A stretch of DNA of 62,118 nucleotides, counting the filler, from Choristocarpus tenellus KU-1152 (Eukaryota > Protista > Phaeophyceae), in assembly GCA_964200185.2 (NCBI GenBank). It is 11 parts of 11 records of this genome, joined end to end, with 100 filler letters (N's around TTAATTAATTAA, not from the genome) between each part and the next. Parts side by side here need not be neighbours in the genome. Positions count along the whole stretch, not along the records: positions 42,126 to 50,464 come from CAXNAD020004837.1; positions 50,565 to 62,118 come from CAXNAD020002261.1; 9 more parts are not named here. One strand, given 5' to 3'. Both the position numbers and the translations under genes were made by a program. Of this stretch, positions 48,048 through 60,974 are shown piece after piece. Numbering within the stretch: the stretch's first letter is position 1; each line of letters opens with the position of its first letter. Under the pieces are notes generated by a model. It did not search any database, was not told where the DNA came from, and was given only the letters and a program-made list of their open reading frames with translations.

Positions 48048-50700
48048 TTGAAGTGAGAGAGCACTTGCTGTGCACCAAACTCTTGCGTGGTGACGTTTTT
48101 GTGGCATAGAAAACTTTCCTTACATATTTCTTGTTTGGAATCCTTTATTAGAGGGAGAGTCACACAGTGACACCAGAGTTTCTTGTATTGTTGCTTGCGT
48201 TTGAGTGAGTTTTGTGCTTCCACTTCTTTGGCATATAGAGGAGTTTGTAGGACATGTGTTGGGAAGAATGCTTTGGTGAGGCTCTAATATTGCTCCCGTG
48301 TATTGAGAAACTGGTAGAGTAGCAGCATCTTCCTGTTATAGAGGATTTTTCTAGACCTTAGTAACAACATATCATTTGCACATCTAGTAGAAGATGCAAA
48401 AGTAGGTGCTTTGATAACTGCTACACTTCTCCATGTGGAAGGATTTGGCACATTTTAGCATGTATGATGTTGGTGTTGGATAGTGTGTGTTTTGGTTTGC
48501 TGTGCTGGCAACTATGTAATAAACTAGTATAACCTGAAGATTACTCTTTCTCTACTACAGGCTGTCGCATCTCCATATCTTGTTGATTGTGTCAATAGTA
48601 CACTGGCATCTTGACATTTCTGACTTGGATAACCCCCATGTTTCGTGGATTGTAGTGCATCAACACCTCATCCCCTGTGAAGACGACTGGCAACCTGTGT
48701 GTGCTCCATATCCACTCAACAGTACAAAGAGCATTCCCAGTGCTCAGTCCATTCAGATACATTGCTACTATGGAGAAGGCTCTGTTGTAATGCTTGTTCT
48801 AGGGATGGATTGGCGTGTAATAAAGTTGGCTCTGCATCGTAACGTGAGAAGTTGATTGCTGCACATCAACTTCTAAGTACCAACTCATGGCAACTATTGT
48901 GTAGCATTGACATGAGCGACTGATCTGGAGAGTGGATCATCATTGTATGCATTTATCTTTGTTTGTAGTAGCTGCTGGAGGAAGGCTGTCACGGGGGACG
49001 TTTAGGAAGTGGAGAATTGGATGGTAGGGTTCAGCATAGAGGAGAAGCCATAATATATGGAGATGAAGACATGCATGCATAGACTCAGGATTGTAGACGG
49101 CTCAGGGTGAGGTTTTGAATTAAGTTGTACAGCAGAGGGGAGATAGGAGAGGCGGGAGGTACCACTTCATGGGTAAAAAAGGGGAAGGAAGGTGTCCTTT
49201 TATCTGTCAAGAGTGAATCAACCGCGGATACTGCCTGCTGTAGAAATGAGGCAGTAAGTGCGGTATTAGTAAAGTGCCCATAGCCCCAAAACAACTTGAT
49301 GTAATGGTCATTCTTCCAGATGAACGGCATTTCGATTTTCAACCCTGGTCGCTATGTTGTTCTTGCCATTTATGATTGTGTCTGCAAGTACATCTCAGAT
49401 TGCCTCTTTCTGTGATGGCTATTGGTGTGTTGACATGATTGAGGTGGTCTATGAGACAGATGCAGGCCTTGAGAATTGCCTAGTTTGCAGGCTTCATTGT
49501 GCTTTATCTTTTGATGTTGAGAAGGGTCTCTCTTGGAGACATGTGCTTTACGATCGCCTGCAGTTCCTCGGTGAGTACCTTTGCATGGTTGCCGACCCTG
49601 CCATGAGGTGTTGGTTGTACCTTTTCTCACTGTGTTGAAGGGGGATTGGACTTCAGGAACAGTAGTTTATTTTTCCTGTCTTGTTGTGTGAGGAGGGGGT
49701 AATATACTCTACAGGATCTGTCCTTATCTTTTCTTTACTATTTTGCTCCACGCAATGTTATTTTGATTCAGTTATTGTCCTTGTGATGCCAATTCTGCGT
49801 TAAAAAAAAATCCTTAGTTCAATTTTCGAAACCATCCCATTGCGCGCAATAATAATTAATACAGTACAAATACTATACACATGCAAGAGTAGAAGATGCC
49901 GAAGGCGTCTGAGAGCGCATCTGACACAGCATGTAGCAGAGGGCATCAAAGTTTGTCAGAAGTACAGGTAGAAGAAGACCACACACCGACAGAGTAACGC
50001 GTCAAGGTGCTCTTGGCTGCTACAACAAGAGCTAGAAAACACAGCTTCGAAAGAGGAGCAATAGGGGTGTTCTTGACCAATCAGCACCAAAATCGATGGT
50101 GCTTTCTCAGATGTTGACTTTCGTGAGTGCAAGCACACGGTGCACAAGAAACTGTAGTATTTTCACAGCATCACACCTCAAACATCTCTCATTCAGTAGT
50201 AGTGGGTGAAAGAACAGAGAACATGTGTGGACCAATCATGAGAGTGTGCTCATCCAGGCCACACAAACAACTCACTTTATAGTACTGGCTCAAAGTTTGT
50301 GGGGGGGGGGGGGTGGCGGCTGTCCATTTTGGGTCAATTTTTCATGTCGCGATTTTTTGGTGATTTGGTTGCATATGTCGGATGGATAATGTAAATGCAC
50401 TTTTCCTGATTTTGGAACAAATGGACACCCTGGTGTGCACCCCCCCCCCCCCCATCCCCCACGTNNNNNNNNNNNNNNNNNNNNNNNNNNNNNNNNNNNN
50501 NNNNNNNNTTAATTAATTAANNNNNNNNNNNNNNNNNNNNNNNNNNNNNNNNNNNNNNNNNNNNGCGCTTTTTCCCGTTGCTGGTCAATAGGGATACCCT
50601 GGCGTAACCCCCCCCCCCCCCCCGCCCCAGATACTTTGGGTCTAGCTCTCATGTCCTCCTCCTTGTCTACCTTCTCATCTCTCTCTCCCCCTTGGGAAAG

Positions 50701-53700
50701 GAAGTGCGGGGAGCGTCCTCGCACAGCTGTGGTGACTGGTACAGTGATTGAACTGGAGGCTTCACCCTGTGCCTTGGCAAGGATCGACCGTCAGGTACGG
50801 ATTCAATTTTTTTTTAATGTTGCGGCCGCTGCTGACAAGAGGTTTTGAACGAGTTTAAACAAGCTGACACATTTTTTTAGGAACAATTTGAGTGAAAGAC
50901 GTCGAGAATCACCCAGAGTTGCATTTTTAAGGATGGTGAAAAATTTGTGCAAAATTCGGCTTGTTTTTACGTATGCGTATGGAATATTTCCTGAATACAT
51001 TGATATTTTCATAATTATACCGAAAAACTTTCAAGCAATACAGAAATCGAACCCTCTCAACTCAAACTTTTTGCTTCATCCATAGAAATATGGGTGAGTT
51101 GCAAAACATCGAAAAACTTGCTTATAATGCAAAAATGCCCCAAAAACTGGATACCTCTTTGGTGTCTATTGAGGCGGTGGTCACCATCACGGGGATCATC
51201 TAGAGCATCCATGTGCACCTCTTTCTCACAGCGGGAGTCAGTCATGTCTACATGACTGAGGGCTTTATCTGTATATCCTGTAAACGTTTGAAAATAAAAC
51301 AATGTTGCAAAAAAATAGACCGGGGTTTGATTTGTACTCTATAAAAATTCCTAAATGGATAGTGCTTAGAACACATGTAGCTGTCAATTGCCCTCCCCCA
51401 GGGTCATCGCTGTAGGGATTGCCGTGGACAAGAACTATCGCATCACATCACATCACATTGCATCACATCACGTCACATTGTGGAAATACCAGAAATACTA
51501 TATTGTTACCATCAAAATATTTCAACAGTATTCACTACCATGGCGTGACATGTAAAATGGCAGAAACATTATACCATCACCATCATAATATTTTCAGCAC
51601 TAATCACTCCTGTATTGTGCCACTGAAATGCAAAAAAAAGAGCATGCTATCCCTAACCCTAAGTTGGAGGCATGTTCAGGAGGGGAGTGGTGTACGATGC
51701 CTGGTAGTAGATTGAAAATAGATAGAAATATATTTTCACATATTTCACATTTACGACAAATTGGTAACTTTTTGAGGGTTTCTGATATTTTATTGGCTTT
51801 TCATTGGTTTTGCACGTTACACATATGAAAAATGTCAAAGAGCATAGTAGTGCATACTGACATGTGAATAGGAGCCAAAGTATCTTAGAGGGTAGGGCCG
51901 CGTCCATTTGGGGGCCAAAACCCAGTGTGGAAATTTTGATGTAATTTTGGCTATCGTGTTTGTTAGTAAGTGCCAATATCCTTGTTCTGGAACACATTTT
52001 GATAACTGATACATTTTACCTAATCTCAAACATTTTGGAGTAGGTAAACTGGCGTTAAAAACCCGTGGAAAACCAAGCCCCAAATTGACAAACAGGGCAA
52101 AACTCGTACGCTTTAAGATACTTTCACTCTACTTTTCATTGGTTTCCCCCCTGACAAATCTGCAAAATATCAGAGGGAATACAAATAAATAATTTTAAAT
52201 AAATAATTTTAAATAAATAATTTGAGAGGATCGTACCATACCGACTCAAGACAGGGCTTGACATACAACTACTGTACAGAACCGTCTGGACACATGCATC
52301 TCTCACTATACTGTACTGATATATGCAACTGGCACTGTCTAGATGTGTCCTATGTTTTGAGCTGGAGTCACCAGAGAGATAGGCACGGAGGGGTTTGTTG
52401 GTTCTTGGAATGCCTCCCTAGCTCCTCACCCTGGGGTACAGGAATAGGTACATTGGAGGCACAGGAAGGCAGTGGTACAACATAGATAGTAGTGAAATAA
52501 CAGATAGATTAGTGTTTTTCACAGTTGTGACATATTTTATTTCTTTAGGGTTTATACTGACATGTGAACAGTTTTCATTGGTTTCCCCCCTGACACTTCT
52601 GGAAAATGTCAGAGGGCATAATATTTTTTTTTACTACCTCTGTTCCATGTTATACACTAAGTAGACAACTTCTTTTTTTTCTGTAACTCTTCTTTGTACG
52701 TCGAATTTTTCGATCGGGTGTTTTTTTTTCACATTCGTAAAGAGTGCAAGCTGATTGGTCGATTCAAATGCCCAAGTTTGTATGTGCGTTGGAAGGGAAA
52801 GAGGGCATGCAGTAGGAAAGAAGGGGCAGACCAAGACCTTGATTTGATATCCCTGGTGAGAGAATTTCCGGTCAGAGTCAAAGTATCTTAGAAGGTAGAG
52901 CCGCGTCCATTTGGAAGCCAAAATCCAATGTTGCAATTTTGGTGTAATTTTGGCTATTGTGTTTGTTAGGAAGTGTCAGTATATCCTTGTTCCGGACAGA
53001 CCTTTTCGTAACTAATACATTTTGCCTGCTAAACATTTTGGAGTAGGAAAATGTCATAAAAAAACCCAAGGGAAGCCAAGTCCCAAATGGACAAATAGGG
53101 CAAAACTCGTATCCTCTAAGATACTTTCACTCTCACACACGGGTCACGTATACCCAACAAAAAGAATATGTTTTTGAAAGGAAGAATCTGATGCTGGGGG
53201 AGTGGAGAGCGGCGATTGCAGAGTTGCTCAAAGACAGCATTGAGGAATCCTTTATCAAAGGGGGATTTCGTTGAAATCACCACGATGTTTGACACTAATG
53301 CCAGGACGACATCAAGGCGATGGAAGAACTATGTCGCCAAAAAAATGATACTGGTGTTTTGGATTCACCCAACTCTTGGGGTGAAAGAGAAGGCCTGGCA
53401 GCAAGGGCATCTTACATTGACTAGTTACATGAGCCCAACAGGCATACTACCCTCCTCAAGAACCGGAGAACCCATTGGTCCGTTGCAGCACATCTGGGTA
53501 ACCCGCTGACCACAATAAGCTTCCAAGGTACACTATAGTCAATCTGGACACCATCAGGGCAGGGCCCCAGGAAGTACTTCAAAATTGACATTACGAAAAT
53601 AACCACCCAAAATGTCGCTATAAGTAGGAGCAGAGAAGACGATATTTTATGCTTTTTTTTTCTTCTTGTTACAGTGAAAGTATTTTTCTTTCATTTCAGT

Positions 53701-56700
53701 CTTTGTGATTAAGTTGTTGAGGGGTGATGAACGTCGTGTGGATGTCGCAGGTTCGAACCCCACCGACCTCAGATTTATTTATATGGGTTTCAATGATACA
53801 AAGTCCATAAAAAATATATATCAAGAATGAGACGGAAGCCTTCACTTGAAGGCGGGTCCTGCACAAGGTTCGAGGGCGTGGAAAACAGTGGATCACTGTT
53901 CTGTCGAAATTGCCTCCATCCTCCTCCCATTCAAAGAAGGACCCCACCCCATAGATTCCTGGGTATGAACTATGCGAAGGCTGAAGCTAAAGAGACATGT
54001 ACATGACAAGCGCAACGTCTTGTCTTGATGGAACATATAAGCTAGTTTACTGGCAGGAGTATATGTTGCTTTGCCCCTAAAAAAGTTACCAACCGGAATC
54101 AAATTGTTTTTGTGGCAATCTTGACACAATGGACAACACTAAAGTACCTTGACCAATTGGTCATTGCATCACCTCATTATTGCATCTCCTCAGAGTTGTC
54201 AGTGTACTGTACGCCTGTCTAGATGCTGCGAATTCTAAATGCGTGAGAGGTGTCCCTGACTGAGTCTGCTTTTGTTTGTTATGGCAAGAATGCTAGGTTA
54301 GGTCCAACGCAATGATTTCTATGCATTAATATGAACAAGATGTCCAATGGATTATCAATCTTGGTGTGATCCTAGAAATATCTACCTTCTCATCACACCA
54401 CTACCTTAATTTTTTACTGATACAGATTTTGGAGAGGAAATCGTTTTGTACGAGAAAAGAAAATTGGGAATTTATCCTGAACTCCTTTATAATGTACATT
54501 TGTTGACTCTATTCCAAGCATGACAGCATTGCCTATTATGGCGCCTGATCCTCAAGAAACGAACCGAACAGATGTTTGTTTCTCACAGCCTATTCCAAAG
54601 CTGAACTGGACTTGTATTGAAAATCTACCTCTTCTTGAACTCAGTCTCAAGGCCCACACCCTACCTTCTTAAAAGTCTTACTTGGCCCATTTTCGAGTTA
54701 GAAATGTTGGGGGTATTTAGTGAGTTGCCTCTAGTGACTGATGGGCAGATCATACCCCTCTTTATCTCAACCAGTTCCATCCCTTCTATGGTAGTATTCC
54801 AGCGACGCACATCGTTTTTGCCAAGTGATATGATGTTGATAACCACACCCTCCCTGTTTCCTTTTGCCCAAGCTAGATCCTTGTGGCAACCACCGACAAC
54901 ATGCTACACAGCTTCCACTTCAAGGGGAAGCGGAACTACACAATGAAGATGAACACACTTGTGACCAACCTAGAGGTGTTGACCACCAGGTGTGATCCAA
55001 AGTCTATGAAGAAGAGGAAGATTCTCTAGCCTGGTCATGTGCTATGAATTAACTACAGCTCACATGGGCTTGATTCCAGTAGCAATAGATGCACCCGATT
55101 CCTGGAACACGATCTGAGATGCGGATAACAACCTAGAATCTTGAGCAAAACAATGCACTGAAACGAAGTGCCATATCAACTCGCCAATATGGTATACAGT
55201 GGTTCTCCTGTACTGTCATATCAACATCGACAACTACTCTTGCATGTTGTACCTTTTGGAAATTTGTTGGAAATAAAAAAAAATTCGGGGTCACCACCCA
55301 CGATCAAATCGATCATTTTCAGTGGTTGTTGATGTCAAATATTCCACATGAAACGGTCAAAACGTTTTCTTCCATCATGCTACCATCCTGCCCTCTGACA
55401 CCTGAACTGGGACAACATTTCTAATCAGTGGTGCATGACAATGGTATGTATATGTACCACTAGTCATTCAGATGACACTCTAAATTTGGAAAATCGGTGG
55501 GTTGACTACTGGATAGACAAGCAGTGCATATACATTGTCATTACCTATTCCTTGATGATTCGAAGGCGCATTCCTAATCGTTTTATCGTTGTTGAGGCTC
55601 AAAGCATCTGTGGGGGGGGGGGGATCTGTACCAGGGTATCCATTTGGGCTCTGACCAGGAGATTTGCACTTACATTATCGATCCGACGCATGCAACCAAA
55701 TCACCCAAAAATCGTGACATGGAAAAATTGGAGCCAAATGGACTGCTGCCACCCCCCCCCTCAGATACTTTGAGCCTTGAATTAAATTCTGAAACTGTTT
55801 GCTGGAGTACCGTGTGCATTGGCACCCACCGGATTCCAGACATATAACATGATATTATTCATACACAAAATGAAAAAAAATATCGTTAACATCCAATGGG
55901 ATACATTTTGTCATACCCAATCGTTTCCATTGCTGCCTGAAACGGACTGTTCTTTAAAGAAGATTTCGATGTGATTGGTTTAGGGAAGAATATGATTCAT
56001 CTGAGGCAATCAAAAGCCACACCCTCGTCAGCTAGTCTAGCAGTGTTCAGAGAGGACCCATCCGTCCATTCCTCGACGGAATTGAGATTGAGTAATTACT
56101 GCCATCCCCTTGCCGATCTGAGTATTACAATTGAGTTCTCCCCACCATGTCAGTCTGGTCATTATATTTAAGAGAAAGGAAACACAATGATATGTGCCTC
56201 CTATAAGCCTTCAGCAAGGGAAAGAGTGAGAGGAGCCTATTGATACTGCCACACTACACACCATTGACCTCCTGTAAACACAACCAATGATTGATGCAGA
56301 CAAAATATTGTGTGAAATGCTCGACAGCATCCCACCCCAACACAATATAACATCCATCCCAGTCCAAGTCAACTGAAGCCTGCCACACGGAAACTGTCTC
56401 ATACAATTCTTCTCCCTCGCAACTGTTCTGCCCTCTCCAGAGCCACGACTTGCCTTTTGGTAGCTCTGTCCAATGGAGATATCAAGTTGTACAATGATAA
56501 AAACCTCATTCACACACTAAAGACGGGTGAAGCAGTTCAGGCAATGCGTGTCGGGTCTTTCGCCAGGGAAGAAAGTACCTTGGTGGTGGTATCCACATCT
56601 GGAAAGCTATCCATATTCATGCTCAATCGCAAGGCAGACATGAAGGGGACATCAGGCGACAACACTCTTCCAGCAGAGCAAGATATCCCTCTAATGGTGA

Positions 56701-58601
56701 AGAGCGTGGGGGGATATGTGCGCAGTAGTCAATATGTGGCGTGGTCCAACAAGAGGTTAAGAAACGTGCTCATTTTTTTATGAGGGGGTTGTAGATGCAA
56801 AAATGCCATACCTCCTTAGGTGGGGAATAGGACTCGTAAATGTGCTGCCACCGAAAACCTCTATGATTGGAAATGTGGCAAGATGTCAGATAAAGGTGAT
56901 TAGCCCCACTGCACCTCACACCCCAACCCAACTTTCTCATCCCGCCTTAGATGCCGAAGAAGACAAAGTTGTTTGTTGAGCAGGCACAGCGGGAGCGAAA
57001 TCAAGCTGGAGATATCCACAGGGCCTTCCAGCGAGACCTGTGCAGACTGAGACTCCTTGCGGCACGGTCCTATGTCAAGGCTATCACCTGTGGAAATAGT
57101 GGGATCAGTCCTGTGGGGACAGCTGCTCTGCGACTTCACGCAGAGTGCAGGGGCTTGGTGAGATTTAATCGCAATGAATGCGAAAAAACATATTGAAATT
57201 CCTGCTGGGCGATAATTTGTAAAACAAGTTTCACCAAGGAAGGTACATGCTACCAAGCATTCTGTGTTGCTCTCGAAGTATTTCCAAGCATGTGCTTCGA
57301 AGCGACAAGCTCTGAAGCGCTAGCCATAGATGGTTTTTCAGATGAATTCACATGCCAAAGCATACCCCTGCGCTGTCCCTGACATCTGTAATCACCTGTC
57401 CATGTTTGAAGAAGAACTGTAATCACATATTTACATGTTACGACCATTTCTACTTGTCTACGACCATTTCTACATTTCTACTTGTCTATTGCATCTCTTT
57501 GCTCTTGGTCTCTGGAAAGATTCTGAGCGCAATTCACATCTTGTAGCATCTATAGCATGATGTCCAGATGCGATGCAACACTTTTCTGAGGAAAATCTGT
57601 TGCTGGTGTGCGATTTAAGCAGTTTCTGACATCCTCCGTACTCAAGGCACTGGATGCGATCGATTGTCTTTCTGGAAAAAAAAAAATTACCGCCCAAGGC
57701 CTATTGGTGTGGAAACCCGTTCCTTCTTCTACCGGTCATCAGTGCAGTACTGCAACAACGTATTTGCAGCATATATCGACAACTACATTTTTGGATATCA
57801 GTTCCTTATGAGGCATCCCATCTTATCTTTAACCTTTGGTAGTCAATTTAGGTCCATTTAAGTATTTGGGGTTTTCAATAACTCCTGCCTGACATGCCAT
57901 TCCTTCAGCAGAAATGTACCTAGCCCTGCTGAGGAGAATATGGCTGTAGATGAGAAGATAAACGTTTTCCACATGAGCAAAATATCGCCTTTTAGAGAGG
58001 TAGAATCCCACATGTCAGAATGGAGTCACAAGGGTCTCAGCTCCTGAACAACGCCCTCCTCTAAGATAGGATGCCTCTAACACCTTTCAAGTTTGTAGCA
58101 GCTATCCTTGAGACTCTTATCCTGTGGTTTATCTGCGATTCAGAGTTGCCAGGTTGTCCAACCTAGGTTAACCGTTTGTTTCATAAAAAAAACACATGTT
58201 CTACGTGCACAATACCCTGTTTTTAATTTGGTTGCAACCAAGCAGAAGCCATGCTTCCCCTTTTCCGAAACCTGCTGAGTATTGTGAAGGCTACTGGAGG
58301 CTATATCTGCCACCTTTCGTTTGCCCTTGCATAGCACTTGTCCATCAGATTCCATAACATCCACCAAACGACTCAGCGATGGAGTTGTTCATGGACAATG
58401 TTTCTTCCCAGCTACGCTGAAGTCCTTATGAATGCTTGCGACCCAAAGTATCTGGGAGGGGGGGGGGGGGGGGGGGGCCCCCCCACAAGGGCAGCGGGGG
58501 GGGGGGGGGGGGGGGGGGGGGCGGGGGGGGNNNNNNNNNNGGGTGTCGTTTTCCTGTGTCAGCTTGGCTGCGGGGGGGGGGGGGGGGGGGTGGGGGGGGG
58601 T

Positions 58602-58642
<41 letters not shown>

Positions 58643-60974
58643 CTACACCAGGGGTGTCCATTTGGGTCAAAATCAGGAAAAGTGCACTTACATTTTCCAT
58701 CCGATGTAAGCAACTGAATCACCCAAAAATCGCGACATGAAAAAATGATCTCAAATGGACAGCCACCACCCCCCCCAGATACTTTGAGCCTGCAGGGTTT
58801 CGGATGTCAATGTATACACATGAGAAACGCAAGAGATACGCCCAGCGTTTTCCTTGGTGGTAATGTGGTCCTGCAATAGCGCAGTCCATTACAGCTGTGC
58901 ACTGTGATCAGGTGTACCCTGCTATTCCAATATGAACTGAGTACCGCCCAAGAACACACATATGAAAATGGCATGTGAAGGGAGGTGGAGAGTGGAAGGA
59001 GGTGATGCTCAACCTACAGTACCATTGTGCCCAACTTGATTGAAATTATGTGACTGGGGTAGTGCTCTTGTGCGCATGTGATCGGGTAAAGTACATATTC
59101 TTCTCTGTCAATTGGACTATCATTTTTTTCAAAGTGAGCTAATGACATTCATGTATTTACCCTGCCCCCTCGTACCCTTTACCGTTTCAACTCTAATATT
59201 ATTCATGATATGGATTTGGCTCTTGATATCTGTATCTATATGCTCCCGTAATATATATATTGCAAGCCTTTCAACAATTCTAACAAAACCCTGTACCGAT
59301 CACATGGCTCAGAGCAGAGTCAAACGATATCTGAGTCAAAGTATCTTAGAGGGTAGAGCCACGTTCATTTTGGGACCAAAGTCAAATGTTGCAATTTTGA
59401 TGTAATTTTGGCTATCGTGTTTGCTAGGAAGTGTCGATATCATTGTTCCAGACACACCTTTTCATAACATACATTTAACCTACTCCGAAACATTTCAGAG
59501 TAGGTCAAATGTCATATAAAACCCGTGGGAAGCCAAGTCCCAAATGGACAAACAGGGCAAAACTCCTACTCTCTTAGATACTTTCACTCTGATACTTTGA
59601 GCCACAGACTCCTATTACTTGTTTCAAACTTGCTGGTTCCCCTATCAGTATACAATGAACTGGAGTGTGTATAGCAATAAAAAAAAAGGACTTCCAACAG
59701 CCCAACCTCAAACGTCTTCACTTGTTTCCCAGATGTACTTGTGAAGTTAAGAGCTTGTTGTGTCAAGATGTGTCGTTCCATCATTGTGACAAATTACCTA
59801 TTTGAAGGAGATGCTTATATGGGCTTGAAATATACAGCAGTACTTCAACGCGAAGCTGCCATTGGGGGGTAGGGCACTTGACATGAAACACAACATCTCC
59901 ACCAATACATCAGGCCATGTTTTCGATACTCTAATACATGTAATTAACGAGATTTGTTTGCTCCCCAATCTCCTTCCTATCAACACCATTCGGAACAAGT
60001 GGAGAGGGTAACGCACGCTTTAAGGCTAGGGTTTAGAACTGGGGTAATCCCACCTGCTTTAGTGGGGTTTTTCCTTAAAATACAACTCTGCGTACCTCTA
60101 GTTTACTTGAATCAAATAATGTTTTGAATAATCTTGGAATACCTCTCTGTGTACGAACTTCCCTAAATAATATCGTCAGGAACAGGAAAGTACATGCAGC
60201 TAATTTGTTTGCATCCTGAATATGTTGATGACAAATCGGAACCTGTCTTCAACTGCATATTGGGGAGTCAGCGAGTCAGTATGGCAGTATTCATTGTACC
60301 CCTGACACACAGGCATACAACTGACAGTTTAATATGTTTAAGTCATACTGCCATTAGTTTCTTTCATAGTCACATCATAGCACCGACTACATTTTGATAT
60401 CTCCTCTGCTGCTACATATTGTCAGATATTCAATTTATTGGCAACACACCAGTTTTTACAACAAATCGGAAATTGCTGTCGGTAACATATAGATGGGTTG
60501 ACGGTTTTGTACTGATGAAATACAGATGTACCACTTACAAGTACAAGCTGAATGAATCATACCATGATAAATTTCTTTCATAGCTTACACCATAAAGTCA
60601 ACCACATCATTTTTGCAATTACTTCTCTGACCTGGAACGATCAGATATCCAGCAAAGGGAATGGGTTTAGAACAAATGCACTCTTGATTTAAAGAACTTC
60701 TTCCACAAGAGTAATCACTGGGCAAGTTGGAGAAGCTTGTCAAGGAAACGACCATAAATTGCCATGAACTCTCAACAGGACTCCCACACACCTCAGCCTG
60801 TGCTCCTCTGACTTGCATGCACGGTTCAACCCTCAGGGACCCCTTTTCAAGCTCAAGATAAGTGTACAGAACTCTGGGACCAGGACTTTGACAAACGTTC
60901 CGGTGGCGTTCATGTACGACCAAGATATCTACCAGATGGAACAATGCCAATTTATTGTGCCTGCACTATTGCCG
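50701..60974 (+). CDS. BBS1: Bardet-Biedl syndrome 1 (BBSome subunit), internal exons ~50701/50705-50794, 54877-54989, 56441-56696, 56951-57157, 60837-60974
   Basis: VIELEASPCALARIDRQ|ILVATTDNMLHSFHFKGKRNY...|ATTCLLVALSNGDIKLYNDKNLIH...AREESTL...EQDIPLM|MPKKTKLFVEQAQRER...HRAFQRDLCRLRLLAARSYVK...GL|GPLFKLKISVQN...VPALLP|; characteristic BBS1 motifs with phase-consistent GT-AG junctions. Both ends are missing. Confidence 0.93.
51872..52129 (+). mobile_element. MITE family A in a BBS1 intron (TSD TAG/TAC)
   Basis: An empty-site paralogue lies at 52554-52620. Confidence 0.9.
52875..53132 (+). mobile_element. MITE family A, TSD TCA
   Basis: Both TIRs; TCA/TCA flanks. Confidence 0.92.
53150..53600 (+). 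pseudogene. Mariner-type transposase N-terminal (HTH) fragment
   Basis: RAAIAELLKDS / LSKGDFVEITTMFDTNARTTSRRWKNY / LLKNRRTHWSVAAHLGNPLTT across frameshifts. Confidence 0.55.
53698..53771 (+). mobile_element. Degenerate tRNA-like sequence (SINE head or tRNA pseudogene)
   Basis: Perfect B-box GGTTCGAACCC at 53750-53760 with a weak A-box-like GTGATTAAGTTGTTGAG upstream; no intact cloverleaf. Confidence 0.45.
55596..55776 (-). mobile_element. MITE family B (flanks TTGA/TTGA)
   Basis: Both TIRs present. Confidence 0.9.
58440..58790 (-). mobile_element. MITE family B with an expanded, poorly assembled poly-G tract and a 10-N gap, TSD TGC
   Basis: TGC-GACCCAAAGTATCTGGG...CCCAGATACTTTGAGCC-TGC. 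Confidence 0.88.
59333..59589 (+). mobile_element. MITE family A
   Basis: Both TIRs; followed by a B-like terminus GATACTTTGAGCC. Confidence 0.9.

Noticed and set aside
58338-58740. Gly/Pro-rich ORFs (also 33284-33624 and 38789-39093)
   Set aside because: Translations of poly-G/C tracts next to gaps.
12504-60974. A functional gene cluster linking the phosphatase, LRRC56, GH16, PPR and BBS1
   Set aside because: Each gene is on a different contig joined by artificial linkers.
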